Positions 8,733-17,933 of a stretch of DNA of 38,855 bases are shown one piece after another. The stretch's first letter is position 1; each line of letters starts with the position of its first letter. The notes beneath the pieces were generated by a model. It was given only the letters and a program-made list of their open reading frames with translations. It did not search any database and had not been told where the DNA came from. The DNA is from an uncultured Clostridia bacterium (GTDB taxonomy: Bacteria; Bacillota; Clostridia; TANB77; CAG-508), in NCBI GenBank assembly GCA_944386665.1, contig CALXBZ010000115.1:1-38855 (forward strand). The letters run 5' to 3'. A program made the translations under genes and the position numbers.

Positions 8733-9020
8733 TTATCTTACCTCCTCATTATTACTTAATACATAAACTTTATATTTGTTATTAATTAAATATTGAATAA
8801 ATTTATTTAAGTTTTGACAATTCTTTTCGTGATATCCACAATGAAAACTTCTATGTTTTATATTAAATAAGCCGTAATATGTTCCATATATTGCTATAAA
8901 ATAAGTATAATCGTTATGCTTAATTATAAACCTATTTAATTTATATTTGTTTATTGCTTTGCTTATGTTTATAAATTCTTTTGGTATCTCGCTAAAGCTA
9001 TCTTTAATGACTTCAATCAT
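8733..9020 (-). CDS. Hypothetical early protein
   Basis: 95-aa ORF with an AAGGAG RBS. Confidence 0.7.
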   Translation of the reverse strand: MIEVIKDSFSEIPKEFINISKAINKYKLNRFIIKHNDYTYFIAIYGTYYGLFNIKHRSFHCGYHEKNCQNLNKFIQYLINNKYKVYVLSNNEEVR

Positions 9021-9044
9021 ATTGTACTCCTTTTAATCATTATA

Positions 9045-9479
9045 TTAATTATGATAATATTCATTAATCAAACTTCTAACAATCTTATTATCGTGAATGC
9101 CCGCTAATATATACCAAGCATTCAAACCTTGTCTTAACACAACAGCTGAACGGACTTCATTAATAAATTGCTCGTAGCTTGAAAAAAACTTTTTATTGCA
9201 TAGTGTTGCATTAATTTGACAGCTATGACATAATCCTGTATTATAATTTTCATATAGCTTTATAGTTACTGCTATATTACTATAAGTTTTTTGTAATTTA
9301 TTATATGTATCTAAAACATCATATAAGTCTATAACTTCATTAATATCTTTAATAATATTTTTATCTTTTAATAGTTTTGAATTTTTTCTATTTGATTTAT
9401 AGAATTGTATAGATATTTGCTTGAACACTTGAGTATTCTTTTTTGCCAAATTATTTGTTTGTTCTTCTATTGTTAACAT
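9045..9479 (-). CDS. Hypothetical early protein (first gene of the leftward arm)
   Basis: 144-aa ORF with an AAGGAGG RBS and a TATAAT -10 box at 9504-9509. Confidence 0.7.
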   Translation of the reverse strand: MLTIEEQTNNLAKKNTQVFKQISIQFYKSNRKNSKLLKDKNIIKDINEVIDLYDVLDTYNKLQKTYSNIAVTIKLYENYNTGLCHSCQINATLCNKKFFSSYEQFINEVRSAVVLRQGLNAWYILAGIHDNKIVRSLINEYYHN

Positions 9480-9548
9480 AATTAATTCCTCCTTTATATT
9501 CTTATTATACCCAATAAAAATATTTCATAACATCTAAAGGATTATATT

Positions 9549-9566
9549 GTTACATAACTTTACAAT
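9549..9566. promoter_or_regulatory. HLR1-like tandem box upstream of the leftward early promoter
   Basis: GTTACATA-AC-TTTACAAT, differing from the 7912-7929 box at only two positions. Confidence 0.55.
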
Positions 9567-10178
9567 AAGGAAGGAAAAGAGAAGGAAAGGGAAAAAGGAG
9601 AGAAGACTTTTTTATTAAGAGGGGAACATTGAGGGGGGGATTTTTTTTCTTTTGCTACTATATTTATATAGTAGTTTTCTTTATTAAAAAGGGGGAGCTA
9701 AGAAGGGTAATTAATTTTTAGCTATGAGGAATAAGGAATAAGAAAAGAAAAGGATAGCGTACTTTCTTTTACTAGATAATACTATGTAGTACTAAGTATT
9801 ATTCATAATTTTTTCTTTATAGGTAGTTAAATAACTAACGGAGAATTTCTCCTCAATATATTGTTTGGTTTGTTTATAGTTTTATTGTTTTATGGTTGCT
9901 GTTTGTTTATTCGGTTAGAATTTAATGTTACTGTTTAGCCTTTTCCTTTCTGTTGTTTAGTCTACCCTTCGGAGCCGTCGATTAGATTACAGCCGGGCGT
10001 TTTCTGTATTGGGACTAATCACCATACAAGCATTTTGAACAAATTAAAAGTAGTACTATAGTACTGGTTATTTTATGGTAGTGTCTAATAAAAAAAAAGA
10101 AATAAAACCATACCCCTATATATAGAATATATACCCCCTATCTTTAAAGAAAAAAAAATAATTTTTTTAAAAAAAATT

Positions 10179-10206
10179 TTGATTTTTAAAAAAAAGATGT
10201 TACAAT
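10179..10206 (+). promoter_or_regulatory. Rightward sigma70-type promoter
   Basis: TTGATT-N16-TACAAT with an extended -10 TG, preceded by A/T tracts, just before the ATG at 10216. Confidence 0.6.
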
Positions 10207-10215
10207 AAATATAGG

Positions 10216-10590
10216 ATGGGATATTTTGATTTAGTTCGACGGATAGTTAATAGTAAGGAGTATGCTACTAAGAAGTATACCTATGAGTTTTATAACCAGA
10301 TAAAACGAACCTCATCTAATAGACGTACTATTGATAACATTAGACAGACTCTTAATTCGTTAAATAGTATATCCGATTATAAGTTTAATATCTACTTATA
10401 CCAGGATGGAAAATGTTATCAATTAGATTTGTATAGTTCAAATTGTTATGAAGGTTCTATACGAGATAATAACTTAAAACAACTTAGTAATAAGTTTAAG
10501 GATATATGCCTGAAAATCAAACACTATTTAAAAAACAAGCTTATATCTGTACAGAAAAATACAAAAAATAGTAAATTGAGTAAAGAATAA
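10216..10590 (+). CDS. Hypothetical protein
   Basis: 124-aa basic ORF, first gene of the rightward arm. Confidence 0.6.
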   Translation: MGYFDLVRRIVNSKEYATKKYTYEFYNQIKRTSSNRRTIDNIRQTLNSLNSISDYKFNIYLYQDGKCYQLDLYSSNCYEGSIRDNNLKQLSNKFKDICLKIKHYLKNKLISVQKNTKNSKLSKE

Positions 10591-10612
10591 GAATAGGGGG
10601 GTATTAATAAAT

Positions 10613-10879
10613 ATGCGAAAACAAATATCTATCTTTGCAGCAATAAATCATTCAATAGATTTAGACCCTGATATGTATTGTAAGATAGTAGATTATGGTA
10701 GAGATTTTTGTAAGTTGGATAAATATGGAGATATATGTTTAGTAAACAGTAAAGGAGTTAAAGTTCCTGTCTGGAGGATAGTTCGTAAATGTTGGAATAA
10801 GAATTTAAAAGTAAGATACTTAGATAACAACCGTACAAACTTAACTAGGGATAACTTAAGATTATGTTTAAACCAATAA
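10613..10879 (+). CDS. Degenerate HNH-like protein
   Basis: VWRIV...VRYLDNNRTNLTRDNLR mirrors the HNH pattern HR.I...VDHINGN.LDNR..NLR, but the histidines are replaced. Confidence 0.55.
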   Translation: MRKQISIFAAINHSIDLDPDMYCKIVDYGRDFCKLDKYGDICLVNSKGVKVPVWRIVRKCWNKNLKVRYLDNNRTNLTRDNLRLCLNQ

Positions 10880-11115
10880 CTTATTTTACCGATGATAGTT
10901 CCTTGATAGAATTATTTAATCAATATCAAAAAATAGTATCTACTTTATTCAAAGCTAAAATATTTCTTTATGAAGATTGCGATAATGAATATCCTGATAG
11001 GAAGTTTATAGTCTGTGAAATACAAAAACCATTTCCCGAAGGGATAATATTTGTAACTATGAGTAGTGATATAGATAAAGTATTAAGAAATATTGAAGAG
11101 TTTATAGAGTATTAA
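10864..11115 (+). CDS. Hypothetical protein
   Basis: 83-aa ORF overlapping the previous gene. Confidence 0.6.
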   Translation: MFKPITYFTDDSSLIELFNQYQKIVSTLFKAKIFLYEDCDNEYPDRKFIVCEIQKPFPEGIIFVTMSSDIDKVLRNIEEFIEY

Positions 11116-11163
11116 AAACCAGACCACAATGATTTGTGTGAATACCTCCTTTCCGATTTCCTA

Positions 11164-11200
11164 CTAAGGTTGCTGGTAATCCTTAGATTATTTTTCTTTT
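11164..11200 (+). terminator. Putative intrinsic terminator upstream of terS
   Basis: CTAAGG...CCTTAG stem followed by ATTATTTTTCTTTT. Confidence 0.5.
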
Positions 11201-11209
11201 AGAGGTCCG

Positions 11210-11593
11210 ATGGAATTAGATGATAAGCAAATAAAATTTATTGATAATTATATACAAACCTATTCTGCTGAAATATCTGCTATCAAGGCTGGATATCCGA
11301 GAGAGAATGCTTTAAAGGTAGGTCTTGATTTATTAGCTAATTCTACTATAGACGAGGCTATTAAAGCTCGAGAGAAAGAATTGAACTCCTCATCAGATAT
11401 GCTTAAGATGAGTAAGGAAAGACTACTAAGAAGTATGTATTATATCTATAATGAAAGTCTTAAGAAAGGAAGAACAAACGAAGCGATAACTATATTAGAG
11501 AAGATAGCAAGTTGGTCAGGTGTTAATCCTGATGAAGTTCAATTAGAACCTGTACAACTTATAATAAATAATCTAGATGATAACAAGATATAA
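11210..11593 (+). CDS. terS: Terminase small subunit
   Basis: KQIKFIDNYI...SAIKAGY...LL...I N-terminal terminase-small-subunit motif, directly upstream of terL. Confidence 0.85.
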   Translation: MELDDKQIKFIDNYIQTYSAEISAIKAGYPRENALKVGLDLLANSTIDEAIKAREKELNSSSDMLKMSKERLLRSMYYIYNESLKKGRTNEAITILEKIASWSGVNPDEVQLEPVQLIINNLDDNKI

Positions 11594-11625
11594 CTTATTT
11601 TTGTATATGAAAGGAGGTGATGTTA

Positions 11626-12999
11626 ATGACGTACAGCGTAGAACTTTTACCAGCACAAAAAGAATATTTTGAAATTAATCATAATAATCCAATTGATATA
11701 GCTGTATATCAAGGAGGATATGGTAGTGGTAAAACCTGGTGTGGTAGTTTATTAGGAATAATCTTAGCTATCAAATATCCTGGTATAAGAGGTTTAGTTG
11801 GAGCATTAACATACCCCCTTCTTAGAGATACAACCTTATTTACTTATATAGAACATCTCGATAAATTAGGACTTCAATATACTTTCCTAAAGAATGAGAA
11901 CAAATTAATATTTCCTAATAAGAGCGAGATATTATTCCGCCATCTACAAGAACCTGAAAAACTTAAATCATTAAACTTAGGTTTTGTAGAGATAGAGGAA
12001 ATGAGTGATGTACCGGAGAGTACATTTACAATGTTGTTATCTCGTCTAAGACAAAGTCCTAATCCTGAATGGAAAAACTTTCGCCATAGATTATTCGGTC
12101 ATACAAACCCTCAACAATCCAGAGGTTGGATATATCAATACTTTAAACTAAATCCAAAAGAAGGATATCGAAGGATATTAGCACCTACTACTCAAAATAA
12201 ATTTTTACCAGAAGGTTATATAGAGTTACTTAAAAACTCTTATAACGATTTATATTATAGGATAAATGTAGAAGGTGAAGACTGTGATGATACAACTGGT
12301 CTAGTAACTAAAGGCTTTAACAAAAACCTACAAATTGTAGATGGACTAAATATAGACCCGTCATTACCAATCCATTTAACTTGCGACTTTAACGTAGACC
12401 CGATGTGTTGGTATATATGCCAAGTAAAAGATGGTAATGTATATGTATTATACGAGATGGTAAAAGAAAACACTACTACAGATAGTGCAGCAAGTATTAT
12501 TGCTGATTTGTTATGCAATTATAAAACACATCCTATAATAATAAACGGTGATGCTTCTGGAGATTACGTAACAACCAAAGGTGTTGATTATGTCTATATA
12601 AAGAATAACTTATTGAGGAATGGATTTAATAATCTTACTCTTAAAGTTATGGCTAAGAACCCTGGTATTGAATATAGGATATCGTGTTGGAATAATATGA
12701 TATGTGGGCCTGATAATAAACCCCATATATTTATACATCCTCAATGTAAGTATTTAATATACAATATAGAAAACTATGAAGTAGAACCTGGTACATCTAG
12801 ACCTAAAAAGATAAGCTCTAGTAAAATAAAGAATAACCCTATGGCTAAATACTTAGGTCATCCAATAGATGCAGTTAGTTATTTAGTTTGTTTATACTTT
12901 CCTATTAAAGCTACAAGATATGACCAATATAAATCAAATGAGAGTATCTCTAAAGAACGTGATATATTTGGTGGAAAGTATGATAAACGTTTAATATAA
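11626..12999 (+). CDS. terL: Terminase large subunit
   Basis: Walker A GGYGSGKT, Walker B IEEMS, TNP motif, and nuclease motifs DFN and HPIDAVSY. The GAAAGGAGGT RBS supports the ATG at 11626 (ORF track 11617). Confidence 0.95.
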   Translation: MTYSVELLPAQKEYFEINHNNPIDIAVYQGGYGSGKTWCGSLLGIILAIKYPGIRGLVGALTYPLLRDTTLFTYIEHLDKLGLQYTFLKNENKLIFPNKSEILFRHLQEPEKLKSLNLGFVEIEEMSDVPESTFTMLLSRLRQSPNPEWKNFRHRLFGHTNPQQSRGWIYQYFKLNPKEGYRRILAPTTQNKFLPEGYIELLKNSYNDLYYRINVEGEDCDDTTGLVTKGFNKNLQIVDGLNIDPSLPIHLTCDFNVDPMCWYICQVKDGNVYVLYEMVKENTTTDSAASIIADLLCNYKTHPIIINGDASGDYVTTKGVDYVYIKNNLLRNGFNNLTLKVMAKNPGIEYRISCWNNMICGPDNKPHIFIHPQCKYLIYNIENYEVEPGTSRPKKISSSKIKNNPMAKYLGHPIDAVSYLVCLYFPIKATRYDQYKSNESISKERDIFGGKYDKRLI

Positions 13000-13010
13000 G
13001 GAATAAACCA

Positions 13011-14849
13011 TTGGTAACATTTTTTTATCAAAGCAATAAGAAAATAAATCTTAATCCTGATAAACGTAATAAGATATGTAATGATATCAAATCATTATTT
13101 AAAAACTATTATACTGATTTAGAAGGACCTAAAAGAGAAACTATAGATATCTTAGATAAACTATTTCCTTGTGTTGATGATACTGGAAAACTAGATAAGA
13201 TACCAAGTTTATATGAACAATATAAAACATATACAAGTGCTATACAAAGAGCTTGTTATCCTAGCTATGATGCTATAGTAGATATTAAAGGATTAGATTT
13301 AAAGAGTAATAATCTAGCTGGTACTTATAAAGCAAGTCTTATATACGATTGGTACAATATAGATTTAGAAGCTACTATAGATAAATGCCAAGATGATTGG
13401 GCTATTAAAGGTGAAGCTGCTGCTTATATCTACTGGAAAGAAGAAGTAGTAGAGATAGATGACCCTATACAAAGTATGGAGTTAGATGAGACTACTGGTT
13501 TACCTAAGCTAGTTGAGATACCTAATAAAAGAAATATAACTACTTTTAGAGCTGTAGATGTTAAGCGTATTGACCCTCATAATTTATATTTTGATAGGAG
13601 CCAAGTAGATAATTGGCAATCTTGTAAAAAGGTATATAGAGACTTTATTCCTTTAGAGATTGTTCTTTCTAATACAAGTTATAATCTAACTCGTGATGAA
13701 AAGAAAGAACTAAAACAATTAGTATTAGGTGAAAAGAAAAGTCTTAGTAATCAATACGAAAGTCTTATAAAGGAAGATACTATAGTATATGGTAACTCAG
13801 TAGAAGTCTTAGAGTTTGAAGGTGATTATGTAGACCCTGAAACTTATGAGATATATAGAAATGTAGAAGCTACTGTTGTAGCTGGTAAGTATCTAGCCAA
13901 ATTCCAAGAAAGCAAGAAACCTAAAAGCTCTATTGTATGGGCTGCTTATATGAAGAGGCCTGATACTGGTAGAGGTCAATCACCATTACGTATTCCGGAG
14001 ATATTAAACTCAGTACAGAATATGTGTGCTGACTTAATGATGCAATCCTGGAAATTAAATACTTATCCAACATTCTTAGCTCCTAAAGGAATGTTACCTA
14101 CATACGTAGACCTAGAACCTGGTATGGTAGTAGAATACGATAATACAGATTTATCTATGACTAGCGTACCAAGCAAGATGGATTTCTCATCCGGTCTTAG
14201 AGGATTTGAATTCTCTGACTTTTTCCAAAGACGTATGGAAAGCGCTACTGGTATTAACCAGTATATGCAAGGGGCTATGGATGGTAGTGTAAGAACCGCT
14301 AGTGAAGCAAGTTATATTCATAGCGGAGCTACAATGAGAATGGCTAGAGAAGCTTTCTTATTCTCTCATAACTTCTTATATAAATTAGTTCGTACATATG
14401 CTTTATTCAAGAAAGTATTTGATACTCAAGATGTATCAGTACCTATAGGTAACGACCAGTACGCTATGGTTGATGAAGCTGTACGAAATGGTAATTATCA
14501 ATTTATAATAGGCGGTAGTCAATCCGCTGTAGAAAGAGAGGCTGAAACACAAAAGATATTTACTCTATTCGGATTACCGGTATTCCAAAGTTTAGCAGGT
14601 GTACTTGACCCAATCACTTCTGCAGAATTCCTTAAATGGGTATTGAATAGGATGAACTTCCAAGACACTACCCAAGTAATGGAAATGCTTAATATGAATG
14701 GTATGTTAAGAAAACTTGCTCAACAGATGGGAATACAGAACCAAAACTTTGAAGGGTTTAGACAGGATATGATGGATAGATTTAGTCAACAAGCTCCTCA
14801 AATTGCTGTTGATATGTATAACGAAATAAGAAATGGAGGTAACGTCTAG
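13011..14849 (+). CDS. Portal protein (P22/podovirus-like)
   Basis: 612 aa directly after terL, with MESATGINQYMQG and TASEAS motifs typical of this portal class. Confidence 0.85.
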   Translation: MVTFFYQSNKKINLNPDKRNKICNDIKSLFKNYYTDLEGPKRETIDILDKLFPCVDDTGKLDKIPSLYEQYKTYTSAIQRACYPSYDAIVDIKGLDLKSNNLAGTYKASLIYDWYNIDLEATIDKCQDDWAIKGEAAAYIYWKEEVVEIDDPIQSMELDETTGLPKLVEIPNKRNITTFRAVDVKRIDPHNLYFDRSQVDNWQSCKKVYRDFIPLEIVLSNTSYNLTRDEKKELKQLVLGEKKSLSNQYESLIKEDTIVYGNSVEVLEFEGDYVDPETYEIYRNVEATVVAGKYLAKFQESKKPKSSIVWAAYMKRPDTGRGQSPLRIPEILNSVQNMCADLMMQSWKLNTYPTFLAPKGMLPTYVDLEPGMVVEYDNTDLSMTSVPSKMDFSSGLRGFEFSDFFQRRMESATGINQYMQGAMDGSVRTASEASYIHSGATMRMAREAFLFSHNFLYKLVRTYALFKKVFDTQDVSVPIGNDQYAMVDEAVRNGNYQFIIGGSQSAVEREAETQKIFTLFGLPVFQSLAGVLDPITSAEFLKWVLNRMNFQDTTQVMEMLNMNGMLRKLAQQMGIQNQNFEGFRQDMMDRFSQQAPQIAVDMYNEIRNGGNV

Positions 14850-15178
14850 TGAACTTTGAAGAAGCACAGAGACTCGCGAACTTCAGGAAAAGAAAACAAT
14901 CCGAAGCAAGTTCTAACTTATCTCAGAAAAAGATAGAGATAACCGAGTTTCTTAAAACCCATAGCATCTTTAAGGATATGCTTGAAACAAAACAAAAAAC
15001 TTACGAAGATTGTATTGAATTTATTTATCTCAATGAGATTATACCAAAAATTAGAGGTACTACCTCGATGGAATATTTATCAGGCTTTAAAGATGGTGTT
15101 AACTATTTTGGTAAAGCCTATAAAGAATATTTTAAAGTACTTGATGATTACAATAATCTTATAGAAAGGGATAAATAA
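14849..15178 (+). CDS. Hypothetical head-module protein
   Basis: 109 aa, translationally coupled between portal and scaffold. Confidence 0.65.
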   Translation: MNFEEAQRLANFRKRKQSEASSNLSQKKIEITEFLKTHSIFKDMLETKQKTYEDCIEFIYLNEIIPKIRGTTSMEYLSGFKDGVNYFGKAYKEYFKVLDDYNNLIERDK

Positions 15179-16107
15179 TGGAAGAACAATTAACGAACAA
15201 TGAACAACAAACACCTGTAGAAAGTTTACCATCTGTAGAAAACTCGGCAACTACTGTTGTTGAAGAAAATGCAAGAGAACAATCTACTGAAAATATAGTT
15301 GATGAGGGTGCAACAAATATTCAATCTGAGGCAGATAGCAAACCCGTAGAGGAGACTTTGCCAAAGATTGATACTCCTAATGCTAAAGAAGATATAGAAC
15401 TTCTTAAAAAGCAATTAGATGAGTATAAGCTCAAAGAGGAAGAAATTAAACAATTATCATCAAGATTAGGTACAAATAATTTTAGTGATATGCAAATCTT
15501 TGAAGCTAATAAACAATTAGATATTATAGACAATCAAGCTCAACAAGCCTATATATCTTTATGTAATCAGTTTGGGGTAGATTACCAACCTGATAAAATA
15601 GAAGCTAGTGCTAATGAGCTTAAGTCTAGAGACCCGCAAGCTTATTATGATTTAAACTATAAGCTTAATCAATTAGATAACGTAGTTAATCAACAACGTA
15701 ATGAAATCAAAAACTTTGTACGAAATAGAGAGATACAACTTTCTACTAAAAAGTATAACAAAATATTAAGTGCTAGTCCTGTATTAAGACAACAACTTGA
15801 CAATTATTTAACCATAGTAAACCCTGCTAATCCTTCTAAGGATATAGATATGTTTATGCAAATAGCACAATCTATACAAGCAGAGGCTTTTGAATATGGT
15901 AAGTTGTTTGCACAACAGGAAGCTAAGAAAGTTGAAGCTTCTCCAGAAACTATATTGAATAATAATTCTATTGTACAAGGTAGTAATGGTGGAACTACAA
16001 CAGGAGCTAAACCATTAACTCTTGCAGATATAGAGAAGATGGATTTGGCTACATATAGTAAATACGCAACAGAGATTGATAGACTACGTTCCGAAGGTAG
16101 ATTATAA
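15178..16107 (+). CDS. Capsid scaffolding protein
   Basis: Acidic disordered N-terminus, coiled coil and basic C-terminal end (..MDLATY...RSEGRL), immediately upstream of the capsid gene. Confidence 0.75.
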   Translation: MEEQLTNNEQQTPVESLPSVENSATTVVEENAREQSTENIVDEGATNIQSEADSKPVEETLPKIDTPNAKEDIELLKKQLDEYKLKEEEIKQLSSRLGTNNFSDMQIFEANKQLDIIDNQAQQAYISLCNQFGVDYQPDKIEASANELKSRDPQAYYDLNYKLNQLDNVVNQQRNEIKNFVRNREIQLSTKKYNKILSASPVLRQQLDNYLTIVNPANPSKDIDMFMQIAQSIQAEAFEYGKLFAQQEAKKVEASPETILNNNSIVQGSNGGTTTGAKPLTLADIEKMDLATYSKYATEIDRLRSEGRL

Positions 16108-16129
16108 TTAACTTTGAAAGGAACGCATT

Positions 16130-16276
16130 ATGGCAAATTCAACTACAAATTTTGGTAATAACGAATTTAATAATGCTAATGGCTTAAACCCGATTATATT
16201 TTCTAAGAAGGTAGCATTAGCATATACTAAAAAATCTAAAATTCTTGAACTCATTACTAATGATATGTGGGAAGGT
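16130..16276 (+). CDS. Major capsid protein, exon 1 (49 codons)
   Basis: GAAAGGA RBS. Translation MANSTTNFG...NPIIFSKKV...ITNDMWEG joins in frame to exon 2 to give WEGEIKNQGDRVRI. Confidence 0.9.
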
Positions 16277-16959
16277 AAACTATAAATCTTGCCTTCCGTC
16301 TAAAAACTCCGCTAAACGGGGAAGCCCTCCAAAGTTAATAGGGTAATCCCGTACCAAGCTTTATAGGCGACTATAGAGTATGGTCTAACGACTAGAGTTG
16401 AAACTCATTGAGTTAATAATTACTCCACGAAAACGGGGAATTGAATGAATAAAGAATACAAAAATAAAGAACTACTAGCTAAAAAATATAATGAATTAAG
16501 GTCGATGCAAAAGGTTGCTGATTACTACGGAGTTAGTAAGAAGTTAATACTTAATTATATGAATAGATTTAATATACCAAGATTTCAGAGACCTCCAGCT
16601 AAACCTAAAATTAAAAAAGAAGATACTTATCATAAAGGTTATATAACAACTTGGAATGGTTATATAAAAGTAAAAGCTCCTATAGACCATCCGTATAAAG
16701 ATAATAAAGGATATATAATGCAACATAGATTAATTATGGAGCAAAGTATAGAGCGATACTTAGAACCTTATGAAGAGGTTCACCATATAGATTACAATAA
16801 ACAAAACAATAACTTAAATAATTTAATGCTAGTAACAAAAACAGAACATATACGTATTCATTTAAAAGATAGTATTCATCCAGTTAAGATATAGTCTGAA
16901 CTTATACAATGGTAAAGTATAAGATGTAAAGGATAAAGAGCCTTTACGATAACATAATG
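16277..16959 (+). mobile_element. Group I self-splicing intron (683 nt) in the major capsid gene
   Basis: P1: exon end GGAAGGU pairs with IGS GCCUUCC (16291-16297) with a U-G pair at the splice site. P10: AAUCUU pairs with GAGAUU. P/Q elements AAACGGGGAA and AAUCCCGU. P7: GACUA (16390-16394) with UAGUC (16892-16896). P9 hairpins and terminal G at 16959. Confidence 0.93.
16445..16894 (+). CDS. Intron-encoded HNH homing endonuclease with N-terminal HTH
   Basis: QHRLIME...EEVHHIDYNKQNNNLNNL HNH motif and N-terminal HTH (MQKVADYYGVSKKLI). Located between the two P7 strands. Confidence 0.9.
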   Translation: MNKEYKNKELLAKKYNELRSMQKVADYYGVSKKLILNYMNRFNIPRFQRPPAKPKIKKEDTYHKGYITTWNGYIKVKAPIDHPYKDNKGYIMQHRLIMEQSIERYLEPYEEVHHIDYNKQNNNLNNLMLVTKTEHIRIHLKDSIHPVKI

Positions 16960-17928
16960 GAGATTAAAAATCAGGGAGATAGAGTTAGAATAGTTCTTCC
17001 TAACCTAGATGGTATTACTATTGGTGATGGTGATTTATGTCCTACTCCTGGCTCTATTGACCCTGAAGCTCTTGACTTGGTAATTGATAAACAGAAAACA
17101 TTCCGTTTTGATATTTCTGATAAACAACTTGCTCAAACACAATTCAAAAATATCGAAGATGGTTATGCTAACGCAGTTGCAGAAAAGGTAGCACAAGTAA
17201 GAGCATTAGAAGTACAAAGAGCAATCTTTGAATACGATGGCGCTACAGTTGATGCTGAAGATACAGAATATGACCATACTAAACACGAATTAGCTGGTGA
17301 TTTCGGTACTGATACTGCTCCTGTAGAAGTAACTCCTCAAAATGCTTATCCGTTTATGCTTCAAGTTAAGATGGCTTTATTAGATAAAGGTGCTATCGCT
17401 GATGATGGTACTTACAACTTCAAACCATTAGAGCAAGAAGCTCAGGATATGAGAGGTGTATTTATTTGTGGTACTAGATTAGCTGCAATCTTATTATCTG
17501 CTTACCAAATTGCTGCTCGTTCTACAGCTGCTGTAGATATGGTAGTACAAGATGGTGTAGTTAAACGTGTTGCTGGCTTGGATGTTCATATTGATAGACT
17601 CTTAGACCAAGTAACTACAACAAAAGGTAATGGTACAGTAGACGCAAATGATAGTACTAGAAAGAAATTTACTAACTTACCATTTATTGCTGGTACTAAG
17701 AACGCTATTACTAAAGCTTCTCAAATCTCTAAAGTAGAAAAAGTTAGAGACCCGTATTGCTTCAATACAATTGTTAAAGGTATGGAACTTTACGGTTTCA
17801 AAGTACTTCACCCAGAAGCTCTCGTACGTGGTGTTGCTAAGGCTTACGAAGGAAAGATTATGGATATCAATGCTTCTATTCCTGTAGTTCAAACAGCACC
17901 TGTACCTACAGAAGACGCTGGAGCTTAG
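16960..17928 (+). CDS. Major capsid protein, exon 2 (spliced product 371 aa)
   Basis: P22-coat-like motifs GDRVRI, LVIDKQKTFRF and YGFKVLHPEAL. Follows the scaffold gene. Confidence 0.9.
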   Translation, partial: EIKNQGDRVRIVLPNLDGITIGDGDLCPTPGSIDPEALDLVIDKQKTFRFDISDKQLAQTQFKNIEDGYANAVAEKVAQVRALEVQRAIFEYDGATVDAEDTEYDHTKHELAGDFGTDTAPVEVTPQNAYPFMLQVKMALLDKGAIADDGTYNFKPLEQEAQDMRGVFICGTRLAAILLSAYQIAARSTAAVDMVVQDGVVKRVAGLDVHIDRLLDQVTTTKGNGTVDANDSTRKKFTNLPFIAGTKNAITKASQISKVEKVRDPYCFNTIVKGMELYGFKVLHPEALVRGVAKAYEGKIMDINASIPVVQTAPVPTEDAGA

Positions 17929-17933
17929 TTTTC

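Noticed and set aside
9480-10215. CRISPR mini-array, tRNA or hairpin telomere in the large intergenic region
   Set aside because: There are no regularly spaced repeats or cloverleaf, the palindromes are short, and no protelomerase gene was recognised.
12255-12518. Minus-strand or nested ORFs in the late arm (12255..12518, 14982..15164, 15226..15414, 15321..15533, 16544..16726, 17677..17892, 27343..27525, 33147..33377)
   Set aside because: They are shadows or alternate frames of structural genes with no independent support.
16957-16959. ATG as the start of the capsid gene
   Set aside because: It has no good RBS, its G is the intron's terminal G, and the upstream exon supplies the N-terminus.
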